Source: Azolla caroliniana
Taxonomy: Eukaryota > Plantae > Polypodiophyta
DNA: 64,000 nucleotides
Assembly: GCA_043228905.1 (NCBI GenBank)
Contig: JBHGNT010000004.1
Span: 12,462,001-12,526,000 of the forward strand
Direction of reading: 5' to 3'
The notes below the pieces were generated by a model that saw nothing but the letters and a program-made list of their open reading frames with translations, ran no database searches and was not told where the DNA came from. Below are positions 48,219 through 61,096 of the stretch, in pieces. The translations under genes were made by a program, and so were the position numbers. The stretch's first letter is position 1. Every line of letters begins with the position of its first letter.

Positions 48219-49700
48219 TGTTAGCTGGCAAGACCAAAGGGCCGATTAGAGTCCAGAATGTGAAAGGGGTATTTAATTAGGATAGGGAGTACTAATTAAT
48301 AAATATTATGTTATTTTGAGAAGCAGGCGGATGGACCAAAATCGGTATGCCGATTCGGATCATTGCCGGTTGCTGGTTGGCACCGGTTTGTAACTCAGCC
48401 GGAGACCTATAATAGGACCCGGCAAGAATGTAATCAGGGACTGATAATTAATAGAAGCGCTGCTATTTTACATTTTGTTAGTGTCTATTTGGTTACCCTT
48501 CTTTGCTTAATATAATTAATCTTACGTGTGTGTTACGATCATTAACAGTGCCGGTTAGTAACCGGTTAAGACCCATTCGACACCAGGGTCCATCCATATC
48601 TCACCGTACCACCCTTTGGTGAAGTGTTCCATAGGGACATCCTGTGTTAGGGCTTGTCCAGCCTAAAGGATAACACAGTTTTTGGCGACCATGATTCCTG
48701 CAGTGAGCAGAGAACACCGGGGGATGGATGTCTCGACCGACTAACGACCAAGTCGCCAAACGAGGAAGAAGACTAGCCGGAAGACAACAAAGGTGGGAAG
48801 CCTTCCAGCAAGCATCCAAGGAGATCCAACAGGATCAGGATTTTCCCAGAGTGCTTTGAAGGGTCGCGGAAGAAGCACTTCGGTTCCAAATACAACAACT
48901 TTCCGATGGGGGCAGTATTATGATGAGCCCGCGAGAGGTAGAATCGCGACTACAGATGGTTTCCGAAGGCAACGGAGACTCCGAGGCATTCTCGGCCTTA
49001 GGGTTGGAATCGGATAGTGAACAAAGCGTTTAGTCGAATTACAAAAGCAGCCACGATACTCCGAACGATTCGGAGGACGATGAATCGGATGGCTCATCGA
49101 CACCACCCGTAGAGAAAGCGGAAAATCGCGCATCGACACCACCCGTGGAGAAATTGGAAAACCGCACACTAACACCACCCGTAGAGCAAGAACTAGACCA
49201 CACATCTCCAGTACAACCTCCCAAAGAGGACTCCATGCCGTACCCCTATCCGAAGTACCGTGATGACCATGATGCGGGGGCGCACGTCTATGCATTCCTA
49301 CAAACATGGGAAGCGAATCATGTATCCCAAAGGCTGACCGAACCAAAAGCCGAATGGTTAAAAATTGCCGAATTCGGCATGACATTAGAGGGACTGGCGG
49401 CCCGCTGGCACGCAAAGCACCTACCCGGAAGCTTTGTCACATTTGAGGCCTTGAAAACAAAATTCCTCCGACTATTCCATAGGCAAGTGGAACAATGCGA
49501 ACTAGTTGGTCAGTTTTACACTACCGACCACGAGGAGCAGGAGACGGTGCCCCAATTTATCATCTGATTTCAAACACTAAACAGCCAGTTTACAAGGGCA
49601 CCTCCGGAGGAGGAGCTGAAAGCGGTGTTTTTGGCCGCTCTACGGGAACCCCTCCAACGATGTGCGCGGTACTAGATTTCTAGGGCAACACAATGGATCA
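48219..49700 (+). mobile_element. gypsy-type family E copy 1: 5' LTR (48219-~48677), PBS-like TGGCGACCA (48683) and truncated gag
   Basis: TG start, cctataatagg box, end shared with 60030-60470. Retrotransposon gag-like YPYPKYRDD..FLQTWEAN..FGMTLEG.AARW..LKTKFLRLF. Confidence 0.75.
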
Positions 49701-49704
49701 AGTG

Positions 49705-52700
49705 ACGACGACATACATTCAGTGCTTCATCTACATGAACCTAGACAACAACTTTAATGAAGAAAGTAAGGCTCATGTGCTCTAGGATAAAATCAACACC
49801 ATGTTGGAGAGTAAGAATGCCATAAATCGGGTTTCGGTATTCCAGAAGTTAGTGAGACTCATGTACCAGGACAAATCCAACATGGTAGAGCACATGAGTG
49901 CATTTCAGGGGTTCATAAATAAAAAAACGTCGCTTGAAGTACCTCTAGCCGACGAGGTACTTGCATTGCTGCTGCTCAGCTCCCTCCTGGATAGTTGGGA
50001 TACACTAGTTGTCACTTTGGCCAACGCCGGGGCAGAAGGAAAGAAATTGTCCCTAGCAAGGGTGAAATCAAGCTTGCTGGATGAAGAAGCTCACCAGAAG
50101 GACCGGGAGTCCGGATCCGATCTAAGGGCCTTGGTCACGAAAAATGATGATAACTGGGGAAGAGGCCGGAATCAGAGTCCCCAAAACCGGGACAAATCAG
50201 GGACAAGGTCGAAGTCAAGGGGGAGGCCCACTTGCGTTTATTGCAGAAAGCCGGGGCACTTCTAGAAGAATTGCAGACACTTTCAGAAAGCCAAAGGGGG
50301 AATTGATAGTCCGGGACCGAAGAAGTTTCCAGAGAGAAGAGGAACGTCAGCGATCGCAACAAGTGAAGAAGAACTGCTGCTAATCACCAAGGAGAGTGAG
50401 ATGCATCTTGTCAATGACGAAACGACATGGGTGGTTGACTCGAGCGCGTCGTTCCATCTGACCCCCAACCGGAAGTGCTTCTCATCGTACAGAGCCGTGG
50501 ATCAAAGTTCTATCCGGATGGGAAATGAAGGTGCATGCCGAATCGTCGGCATAGGAGATGTGTGGTTGATGACATCAACCGGGTGCAAGTTGCTACTAAA
50601 AGGTGTCTGATACATTCCGGAGGTTCGGTTGAACCTGTTATTGGCCGGTTGGCTTGATCATGAAGGCTACACCGGTATCATCCGGAATGGAGTCATGAAG
50701 TTTTGCAAAGGAAGCCTGATCGTGGCCTGAGCCCAAAAGATGAACACACTATACCTAATGCATGCCTGGATTTGCCGGAAAGAAGTGAACGTGGCATCCG
50801 ACAATGTCGGTGAGTTGTGGCACAAAAGGTTGTGCCACATGAGCCAAAAAGGGATGCGTAAACATGCTAAAGTTAACCTCATTCCAGAGGTTAAAGACGT
50901 GTATCTTGAGAAGTGCACCGATTGCTTGGCCGGCAAGTAGAACAAAACCTCTTTCTGGACGAAACCACCGATGAGACGGAATGAACCGCTGGAACTTGTA
51001 CATACCGATGTATGCCAAGTGGACACCAAGTCATATGCCGGATCGCAGTACTTCGTGACGTTCATAGATGACCACATCCGGAAGTTGTGGGTCTCTCCGT
51101 TGAAGAAGAAGGATCAGGTATTACTCGTCTTCAAGGACTTGGAACCGAGAGTGGAAAGTGAAACCGATCCGAAGATAAAGGCGATTCGAGAGCACAACGA
51201 AGGAGAATACCGGGTTTAGTTCAAGGAGCACTGACAATCTAAGGGAATCCGACTCGAATTCACCGTGCGGAAGACACCAGAACTGAATGGGTTGGTTGAG
51301 AGAATGAACCGGACAGTAATGGACAGAGTTTGGAGCATGGTAGCACATGCAAAGTTACCGAAGATGTTTTGGGCTGAGGCATTGATGACAATGACCTTTA
51401 TAATAAACAGATCACCCTCAACACCCTTGGAAGGAGACAAACCACAAAGAGTATGGACCGGTAAAGAAGTGTCTTACCGGCATTTGAAGGTATTCGGTTG
51501 TCTTGCTTATGTGCATGTTGCAAAGGCTAAGAGGGAAAAGTTGGATCCAAAGTCCAGGCCATGCATATTCCTTGGATATGGCGATGATGAGTTTGGATAC
51601 CTAATGTTGGACTTGGTCGACAAGAAGGTGTTCTGGAGTCGAGACATATTTTTCATGGAAGACAAGTCTATTGCCGATTGGGAGTCGAAGAAGAAGATTG
51701 CGGACTCTCGATTGACTAACGAGACCCATCTGGTTGGAAGCAAGATAACACTTGAAGAACTGGCTGGAGTCAGACAAGAGATCGAACCGATCGAAGAAGA
51801 AGATGTTTTGGACACCGGAACCGGTGAAGACCCTGAATCAAATTCGGAATAAGAACAACCGCAGGAATCGGTAGTTGAAGTCCAAGGATGGAGATATTCT
51901 CTCAGAGAGTGAAGAGCCCCCCGGAGATTTCCGAATGCAGAGGGGGAGACGGAAAGCTTCGAAGAAGGAAAGAAAGACACCCATAGCCGCAAGTGGTTGA
52001 GTGCCATGCAAGACAAGATGGATTCCCTGCATGAGAACCACACATATGAACTGAAGGAGTTGCCGAAAGGAAAGAGGGCACTCCGGAACAAGTGCCTGTA
52101 CAAGCTGAAACCAGGAGACGCTTGAAATCTACCGAGGTACAAGGGTCGGATCGTTGTGGAGGGTTTTCACCAGAAGAAAGGAGTGGATTTCTACGAGATC
52201 TTCGCCCCGGTAGTAAAGACAACATCCATCCGGACGGTGTTGAGCATGGAGGTGGAGAAACTGGACGTCATGACGACATTCCCACATGGCAACCTCGAAA
52301 AAGAGATCTACATGCAGCAACCGGAAGGATTTGAGAAGAAAGGGAAGGAGCATCTGGTGTGCCGATTGAAGAACAACTTATACGGTCAGAAGCAACCTCC
52401 CTGGCAATGGTACCAGAAGTTCAACTCCTTCATGATCGACCAAGGGTACCACAAGACCCAAGCCGACTGATACTCCTATGGTATGTAGATAATATGTTGA
52501 TCATCGGACCGAACCAGACCAAAATCAGAAATCTGAAGAAGGCTTTGAACCGAACCGTTTGAATGAAAGATTTGGGTCCGGTTAGACAAATACTGGGGAT
52601 GCATATAATCCGGTACCGGTCGAAGAAATTGCTATGGCTGTCATAGGAGAAGTATGTGACAAAGGTGCTTAAACAGTTCAACATGTCGGATGTGAAGCCA

Positions 52701-54024
52701 ATCGGGTCGACACTTCCGGCAAACTGCAAGTTGTCCGGAAAGCAAAGCCCGAAGACAAAGGCAGAGAAGTCGGATATGCCTCTACCATCGGAAGCTTGAT
52801 GTACGCGATGGTGTGCACCCGACCAGATATCGGATACATAATCGGAGTGGTCAGCCGGTTCATGAGCAATCCGGGAAGAGAACACTCGAACACGGTCAAG
52901 TGGATACTCCGGTATGTGCCTCCAATTCGGCACCAATTCGGCACCTCGAGTATGTGCCTCCAATTCGGCTCAGGTAAACCCCAACTTGAAGGCTTTACGG
53001 ATTAGGATATGTCGGCCGATGCGGATAGGAGCCAGTCCACATCCGGATACATCATGACATATGTAGTGGGAGCCATATCATGGTTGTCGAGGCTACAGAT
53101 ATCTGTTGCATTGTCAACAATGAAAGCGAAGTACATGGCAGTTGTGGAAGCCGGCAAGGAAGTAATCTGGATGAAGGACTTCATCGAAGAGCTAAGGATC
53201 CGATAGGAGGAATACCGGCTCTACTGTGATAGCCAAAGTGCCATCCACCTTCCTAAGAACGCAGCCTACCATTCCCGGACCAAGCACATCCAAAGAAAAT
53301 ATCACTGGCTCCGGGAGAAGGTAGAAGATCAAGACTTCACGCTGACGAAGATCCACACTGAGGAGAACGGGTCAGATATGCTAAACCAAGGTGCTGTCAG
53401 CCGATAAACTCGACACATGCCGTAGACGGATCGGACTAACGAGAAATCCCATGCCGGAGTGAACGGGGAGTTTGTTTGGAATTCGGTCCCTCCAGATGAG
53501 ATCCGGAAGAGCAAGATCGGATGAGACAAAGGAAGGAACCGGACCGGATGCAACAACCAGACCGGACTAAAAGGTATCCGGACGGATCTGGTGTGAACCG
53601 AATCTAGGGACATATTAGTAAATATGTTTCTAGTGTGCCTGTGAAGGCTATATTTGTAAATAGTACTAAAATCATATAAGTATAAATATGACTTAGGGCA
53701 ATCACTTTAAATGTTGTTGTTAGTTGTATAATTGTTGTACAAAGAGAGACACAAAGAGAGAGAGAGAGACAGAGAGAGAGAGAGAAGAGAAGCTGAACCA
53801 ATTTCTGTTGTAACCGCTGAATGGCAAAGACATAGAGCTCGAGGTCGTTGCCTCTGAGTTTCTTGTTGTACCTCCTTTCTCATGTAGTGATAGTTGGAGT
53901 CTGTGGGCTCCCGTGCTTTTTTCCCTTGTTAGGATTTCCACGTAAACATCCTGCTTCGTCTCTTCTATTGTTTGAGTCTCAATTGTGGCTGAGCGCTATT
54001 CCGCACAGGGAGGACAACTTGACA
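49705..54024 (+). mobile_element. Ty1/copia family B-related copy 3, 5'-truncated and heavily decayed; 3' LTR from 53473
   Basis: Collinear with 19050-22924, with many stops. PPT gaacggggag at 53461-53470. The LTR shares tataaatatgacttagggc and the (GA)n tract. The right end is approximate. Confidence 0.88.
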
Positions 54025-54029
54025 CCACC

Positions 54030-55546
54030 AAAATCCGAACTTGGGGGCGGGTCATCTAACAAGACTCCTGATACAACTGGTTCAGCAAAGGCCGATTGAC
54101 CAATAAAGCCAATTGAAAGATTTGAACCACTCATTTCAGCACCGAGGAGATCTAGACGAGCTCGAGGGCAATAGAATTCTATCAACCGGGCCTCGACTAC
54201 GTCAACTACACCAATGCAGGTGAACCAGGCACATATGACAAAGCTATGGCCAACATTGATCCAACTATTAGACAAAGAATCTCTTTCAACGGACAAGGAG
54301 AGAGACCTTAATGGAAATATGCCCTACACTTCGAGCCTAGGAAGTATCATGTACGAAATGGTGGCGACCCGAGCCGACCTAGCATATGCCGTATGGGTGG
54401 TCAACCAGTACATGTCAAACCTAGGATGGAAGCATTGGGAGGCCGTCAAGCACATCCTTAGGTATCTGAAAGGAACCATGGATGCACAGTTGACCTTTGG
54501 TTTAACAATCTCAACCGAAGTCGAAGGCTACACTGACTCCAACTATGCTGGAAATACAGACAATTGGAAGTTGACATCAGGTTACATCTTCACCTATGGT
54601 GGTGGTGCTATACCATGGAGGTCGAAACTTGAAGAGAGTATGTCCCTATCAACCACAGAGGCCGAGTACATACCAACATCGGAGGTAGCGAAGGAAGCGA
54701 TCTGGCTACACCGTCTGTCTTCCGACTTCTCAGCTACAAGCCGAATCGACCGACCAACTCCGACCATCTATAGCGACTCACAAAGCACAATATACCTCAT
54801 TAACAATCCTGTCTATCACGCAAAGACAAAGCATATTGAGGTGCAGTATCATCACATCTAGCAGCTCATAACCGAGATGAAGCTGGAAGTCCAGAAGATT
54901 GACACCGAGGTGAACATCTCCATTTGCCTAACAAAGCCACTCCCAGATAAACACTTTGGAGCACTACGGATAAAGATGGGACTATGACAAGAGACTGAGC
55001 AGAAGAAAGCCGAACAAGAAGTAGGAGGTAAGTCGAACCGATTGAGTGACTAGCCGAACCAGGCTAGACATTGAACATATCTCTGCCGACTCGGCCACAT
55101 GCCGACTCACTTGTAAATATAAATTTAGATTAATCTTGTAATGTACGTTTACAAGGGAGATAACCCCAAACACATGTACATGTATAAAATAGTAGTCCTT
55201 TTACGGGGGAGTTTGTTGGCATAAAAGGCCGACTCCTTACACCTTGTTTCCTAGTGTGAACTCGTCCAAATAGTTAGGTCTTAGTATATAAGCAATAACC
55301 TAACGTTGTAAAGAGAGAGAGACAGAGAGAGAACGCTTGATCATCTTGTACATTGAGTCACTGAGAGAGAAAGAGAGAGAGAGAGAGAAAAAACAGATAT
55401 AAAGGGAGCTTCCATTAAAGCTTCATCTGTGTGTCTATCATCGATCTATATCTTCTTTCCTTCCTTCTATGTTGTTTGCTAAGCATAACTGTCAGGTCCT
55501 CACATACGTTTCTACGCATATCTATCGCTCAGTAGGCACCCCAACA
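54030..55546 (+). mobile_element. copia fragment (RT end and RNase H) with PPT and 3' LTR 55214-55546
   Basis: PYTSSLGSIMY..TRADLAYAV, YTDSNYAG, STTEAEY, YHAKTKHIEVQYH. PPT gggggag at 55205-55211. LTR TGTTGG...CCAACA. Confidence 0.85.
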
Positions 55547-56031
55547 ATGGTATAAGAAGTTCGACAATTTTATACAATTGGTGAGCTTCTCTAAGAGCGA
55601 TGCGGACCACTGCCTCTTCACGACAACAACTCAAAATGGGTTTGCCATCTTCCTCATCTTATACGTGGATGACATGCTACTCTCTGGTCGACATGCCGGA
55701 GAGCTTGCCGATCTCGTTCAACAATTATGGTTGAAGTTTGCAATGAAGGACCTAGGTCCTGCTCGACACATACTCGAAATGAAGATTAGTCCGCTTCGGA
55801 ATTAATGAGAATTATTTTTGTCTCAAGCCCACTACATCATATGTGTCTTAGAGCACTTCAACATGCAATTGGTCAAATCTGCTTCGACCCCGTTCCCCAT
55901 TAATCTTCAGTTGTCTTAATGATACTACTCGACATCCGGTCTAGAGGGGGAAGGTATGAAGTTAGTACCATATGGACTAGCAATCGGCTCCTTTATGTAC
56001 GCAATGATCGTCTTGCACATTGAGTTACTGA

Positions 56032-56078
<47 letters not shown>

Positions 56079-57742
56079 CAAAAATAAAGAGAGCTTCCAT
56101 TAAAGCTTTATCGGTGTGTCTATCATCGATCTATATCTTCTTGCCTTCCTTCTATGTTGTTTGTTGGGCATAAACGTCAGGTACTCACATACGTTTCCGT
56201 GCATATCTGTCGCTTAGCAGGCACCCCAACAATGGCATAAGAAGTTTGACGATTTTATACAATCTATCAGTTTCTCCGAGAGCGATGCGGACCATTGCCT
56301 CTTCACAAAAACAGCTCAAGATGGGTCTCCCATCTTTCTCATCTTATATGTGGATGACATGCTACTCTCCGGTCGACATGCCGGAGAGCTTGCCGATCAC
56401 ATTCAGCAATTACGGTTGAAGTTTGCAATGAAGGACCTAGGTCCTTCTCGACACATACTCGGAATGAAGATTAGTCAGGTTCGGAATTAACTAGAATTAT
56501 TTCTGTCTCATGACGACTACATCATATGTGTCTTAGAGCGCTTCAACATGCAATTGGTCAAATCTGTTTCGACCCCGTTCCCCATTAATCTTCGGTTGTC
56601 TTAATGATATTACTCGACATAAAGTCTAGAAGGGGAAGATATGAAGTCAGTACCGTATGGACTAGCAATCGGCTCCTTGATGTACGCAATGGTCATGACA
56701 GGGCTTGACATTGCCCACGTCGTAGGAGTCGTTAGTAGATTCATGCACAACCTAGGCTGATCGCATTGGAATGCAGTCAAACATGTATTGAGATACTTGG
56801 TGGGCACATAAGACCTGGGCATCCTCTTTAGTCCGAATAGGAACTCGGGTGTAGTCGTTTACACCGACTCAGACTTTGCCAACTGCGTAGAAACCGAAAG
56901 TCAATAACCAGATATTGTTCAAATTCGGCAATGGAGCAATTTCGTGGAAGTCGAAATTTCAGGAGTGCACGACCACTTCAACAACCGAGGTTGAGTACCA
57001 TGTTCAACGTGGCAAAAGAGGCTTGTCGGTCTGGCGTATACATTTGGACAAGCCGATCCCAATTCAGGTCCAGTTATCTACAATGACAACCAAGGTGATG
57101 TTGCTCTATCGAAAAATATGGTTCATCACAACGCCTCCAAGCATATCGACGTTAGGTATCACTTTGTTTGGGATTGTGTAACGTCAAGGAAGCTCGTCTT
57201 TCAGAATAGATATAGCATATCAGACAAGATATCAGACAAGATGACCAAGTGTCTCGATGACCAAGATATCAGACAAGATGACCAAGCTGACTGATTTTGG
57301 TCACTTCGGCACTAGATGGGCTTAAGGAGTAATCAGTCTGATCTAGTTGAAAAATAGATATAGCTTCGAACATTCGGCCTTGACAATTGAGCCGGCTTCT
57401 ACACTCGAGCCATCTGATTCGGCCTTTGTTTCTTTTGGTCATCACCAATTCCTCTATAAGCCGATCAATCATAACATTTCTTTGGATAACATGTATCCCC
57501 GGTTTTATATTACATTTCTCTCCTTAGTGTATACTCCCATTATGGGGGAGTGTCGAATACGGGTGTATAATGGCCGTATTCAAATTGTCCCTTGGACAAA
57601 CTAGGTTGAGAACAATTTTGTAAATATGTCAAAGAGAAATTGCCCTAACCTAATCAATATATAACCAGTTTTGTAACCTAGCTCATGTGGTTGTTGCCTC
57701 CATTTGTTACATTGTGTGCCTCTTTGTCTTTCTTTCTCACAC
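55547..57742 (+). mobile_element. copia fragment (RT and RNase H), PPT 57544-57550 and start of 3' LTR at 57551; contains a tandem duplication
   Basis: WYKKFD..LYVDDML..MKDLGPA, ISWKSK..STTEVEY. The segment 55338-56004 is repeated at 56005-56689. Confidence 0.82.
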
Positions 57743-57744
57743 AT

Positions 57745-59125
57745 TGTCTCCTCGATCTTTCTTTATTCTATCACCGCCTGGACTATGGCTCCAGAGATCT
57801 CGTCCACATCGATCTTCTTTGCGGTAATCTCCAGTTCTGGATATGAATCCATTGAGGTTGTGCTTCTGCAACCATTCTACATATAATAGTGTGAGCTGCT
57901 TATTGGTTGCCACACGTTCTTGTGTTGGTATTTGTACCTTTGTCTTTCCGCAGTGAAAACTGATGATGCTCTTTTTCCAATTGTGTTTTATGTGGACCGT
58001 TCGCAACCACGTACAACATAACAACAATGGGTAGCCTCTTGATGTTGTCAACTGAAGTACTACCGCAAATATCTAGAAGGAATGACCACCCATTGCGATC
58101 ACCAAATTTCTAATTAGTCCCGTTGGTCGGCCTAAACTCATGTTTGCCATTCACAACCAAAACAGTCATTGGTTCCCATTCATGAATGCCCAAATTGTGA
58201 CAGGTATGCTCCCTGATTACGTTGACGCAAGATCCACCATCAATGATTTTTGCCGGAACTTCTTTTCCCTTGATGATCATAGTCACCACCGGATTATGTT
58301 CGTCCATCAACGTGGGTCCCTCACTTGGATTCGTAAATTGTATTGAGGTTGCGAGTATTGTTTCCTTCTTCTACATAGTCATAATTGCGTCAGCAAATCG
58401 GGTTACCAACTATAAAAATTTGGCTAAAGGTATTGTAATTTGACAATTTGTGAGTTCTAGCCCTGCCAGATACTCAGTCCTTGATTCTTCCTCCGATGCG
58501 GTTTTGTCACCCGTTATTTGCTTGCTTAAGTCCTGTAATACCTGCTCCGCATTTTGATGATTTTCTTTTTCCACCCATTGTTGGGTTGTCTTCCTTACCA
58601 CTTCCTGGGCTTCCCATTCCGTGGTCTTTCCTTTTAATCATGTTGTGAGTTGTTGCACATTGACTACCTCCGCAGTCAACATGTTTACTGCCGGTTGTTT
58701 TCCTTTTGCTTTGACTGGACATTGGCCGCTGTAATGTCCTTGCAGGCAAAAATAGCAGTACAGTTTTGGTGATACACTCGGTTCTCCTTTTTCTGCTCCT
58801 ACCGATTGGGTTAAGGGAACCGTCTACGCCGGTTTAGAACATAGATTAGAACATAGAAGTGCAGAAGGCAAGTACACAAGATATAACAACAATACACTAT
58901 ATTACTCGCCCTTTAATCAATACAATCTGGTTTCCTTATATAGGTAACCGGTTCGGATACAAAACTGTGTTTACCCAAATCCATACATCCTTCCGTATCC
59001 AACACCTCATCATATATTTTTAATCTATTCTCATTACAATGTTTCTAATTACTTTATTTTCTATAATATCTTTCCGGCTTCCCGTTCATACTTTATCTGG
59101 TTCACACCCTTTCTGGACTCTGATT
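57745..59125 (-). mobile_element. gypsy gag-protease fragment with partial LTR (~58830-59125)
   Basis: IIDGGSCVNVI protease and YPLLLCCTWL. An LTR-like AT-rich block with cctatataagg on - resembles family E LTRs. Confidence 0.65.
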
Positions 59126-59199
59126 CTTTAGTTCTCCTTCTTCAGTCCTCCGATTCCATCACAACGACAATAGTCCCACCCAATCTTTTGTTGAACCTG

Positions 59200-60029
59200 A
59201 CATGAAAGAGCGGTAGGGGAGATAACGATGAGGAGAGAGGAGCTTGCAAAAGCAATGGTAGCCACTATAGACAACCTCATGAGTGCTCGTAAGAGCTTAG
59301 TAAGCCTCAACAGGGCCATCAAAACAATAGTCGGCACATTGGGCCGATGTAATGGGAAAACGTCACCAACTTTCTGGAGGCCTACGAGGCTGAAATATTG
59401 ATGGGAGATATTCCATAAAATAGACCGCTATCGGGATTCGCGCGATTAGTCACACCGAGCATCCACGCTGAGGTGCTCGAGTTGCAAGCCGACTGTCGTA
59501 ACTAATCAGAGTTGGAGGAGCGGCTCCTCGAGACATACAAGCTGAATGATTCCCTCTGAATGTTGAAGAAGAAGTTCACGGAGTGGGTCAAGTTTCCCGA
59601 AATAGAAACACAATGACGCTTCTCCAGGAGTTTGCGGAGCGATTCGCCTAGTTGTTGACACTCGACCGGACTGTGCTCAATACGAAAAAGGTCCTACTAT
59701 TTATCGAAATGGTCAACCCACGAGACTAAGAAAAGGTGGGACTACTCCTAGAGATGGATGATAGCCTCATGGCCTATTGGGCCGTGGTAAAAAGGGTTTG
59801 TTGCTGTTTCGACAAACGACGAGTATGGAATGACAAAGAGACGTTGCCCAAGCTAGCTGCTAGAGGAGAAAGAACCGTGGAAATGTCGACTCAGTCGGAA
59901 GTGGTGAGAAGAAGTGCTAACACGGGTCCAATAGCACTGGCTAATGTTGTTGGCAAACCATCTAGAGGAGTGGCATTCGAAGAGCTCACCAGGATGGTGT
60001 GTGATGTCCAGATTGCCCACGCTTGAAGG
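59200..60029 (+). pseudogene. gag fragment related to family D
   Basis: IVGTLGRCNGKNVTNFLEAY..., GLLLEMDDSLMAYWAVVKRVC..FDKRR parallels family D gag (GNFLEDE..LVADWAMVKKACSRLDKR). Confidence 0.7.
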
Positions 60030-61096
60030 TGTTGGCCAGAGGCTGGAATATGAAAGACAAGTGGGGGACGAGTCAGAAGCGGAAAGTATTAGTATTAATT
60101 AGCTATAATTAAAATAGGAACGGACGGATCTGGAAGAGTTCCAACGATCCGTAGCCAGTTGCCGGTATGACACCGTTTTGTAATCAGAATCGGATGCCTA
60201 TAAAAGGATCCGAAGAACGATGTATTCAGTGTGGGGGAATGAATATGAGTAGAATTGTCTTTGAGAGTATTGTGTACCTTCCATTCTGTGCTTATGGTTT
60301 TATCTTACGTATGACATCAATCTGTGTATGTTGTTAATCCAGAACTGACCTGGAAATAGTCGGATATAATTATAATTCTACTGAAAGCATAAACCTCGTA
60401 ACCATCCTTTGGTGAAGTCATCCGAAAGGACACCCTGTGTTAGTGGCTAGTCGGGCCCAGGATTAACACAGTTTTGGTGACCACGATTCCTATAAAGCGT
60501 AGTGAACATCGGGGCATGGATGACTAGACCGACAAACGACCCAGTCTCCGAATGCGTGAGAAGACTAATCGAGAGACTACGGAGGCGTGAGGCCTACCAG
60601 CAGGTGACCGAAGGGATCTGGCAGGACCGGTCTTTTCCCAAAACAATTCGGCAGGTCGTAGAGGAGTCACTCCGGTAGCAGAACCAATAATATACCGACG
60701 AAGGCAGTAGTCAGAATAGCTTGCGGCAGGCCAAATCGATTCTGCACACTCTCGCCACAAGCGCCAGAGAATCAAAAGCCTTTTCAAACTTTGAATCAGA
60801 ATCGGATAGCGAGCGTAGCGCGCAGTCGAATTATCGAAGCTGTCACGACATCCTGGACAATCTTGCGAACGACCCAGTCGTTGAACACGCGAGAAGACTA
60901 ATCGAGAGACTACGGAGGCGTGAGGCCTACCAAGAGGTGACCGCAGAGATCCGGCAGGACTGGTGTTTTCCCAGAATAATTCGGCGGGTTGCGTAGGAGT
61001 CACTTTGGTTGCAGAACCAACAATATACCGACGAAGGCAGTAGCCTGAGAAGCTTGCAACAGGCCGAATTGATTCTACACACTCTCGCCTCAAGAG
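60030..61096 (+). mobile_element. family E copy 2: 5' LTR 60030-60470, PBS-like TGGTGACCACG (60475), leader/gag start with a 333 bp duplication
   Basis: The LTR end and leader match 48610-48760. aacgacccagtc occurs at 60535 and 60868. Confidence 0.75.

Noticed and set aside
55548-55558. PBS-like TGGTATAAGA right after LTR 55214-55546
   Set aside because: It is the RT coding sequence WYKKFD of the target element. The LTR is preceded by a PPT, so it is a 3' LTR.
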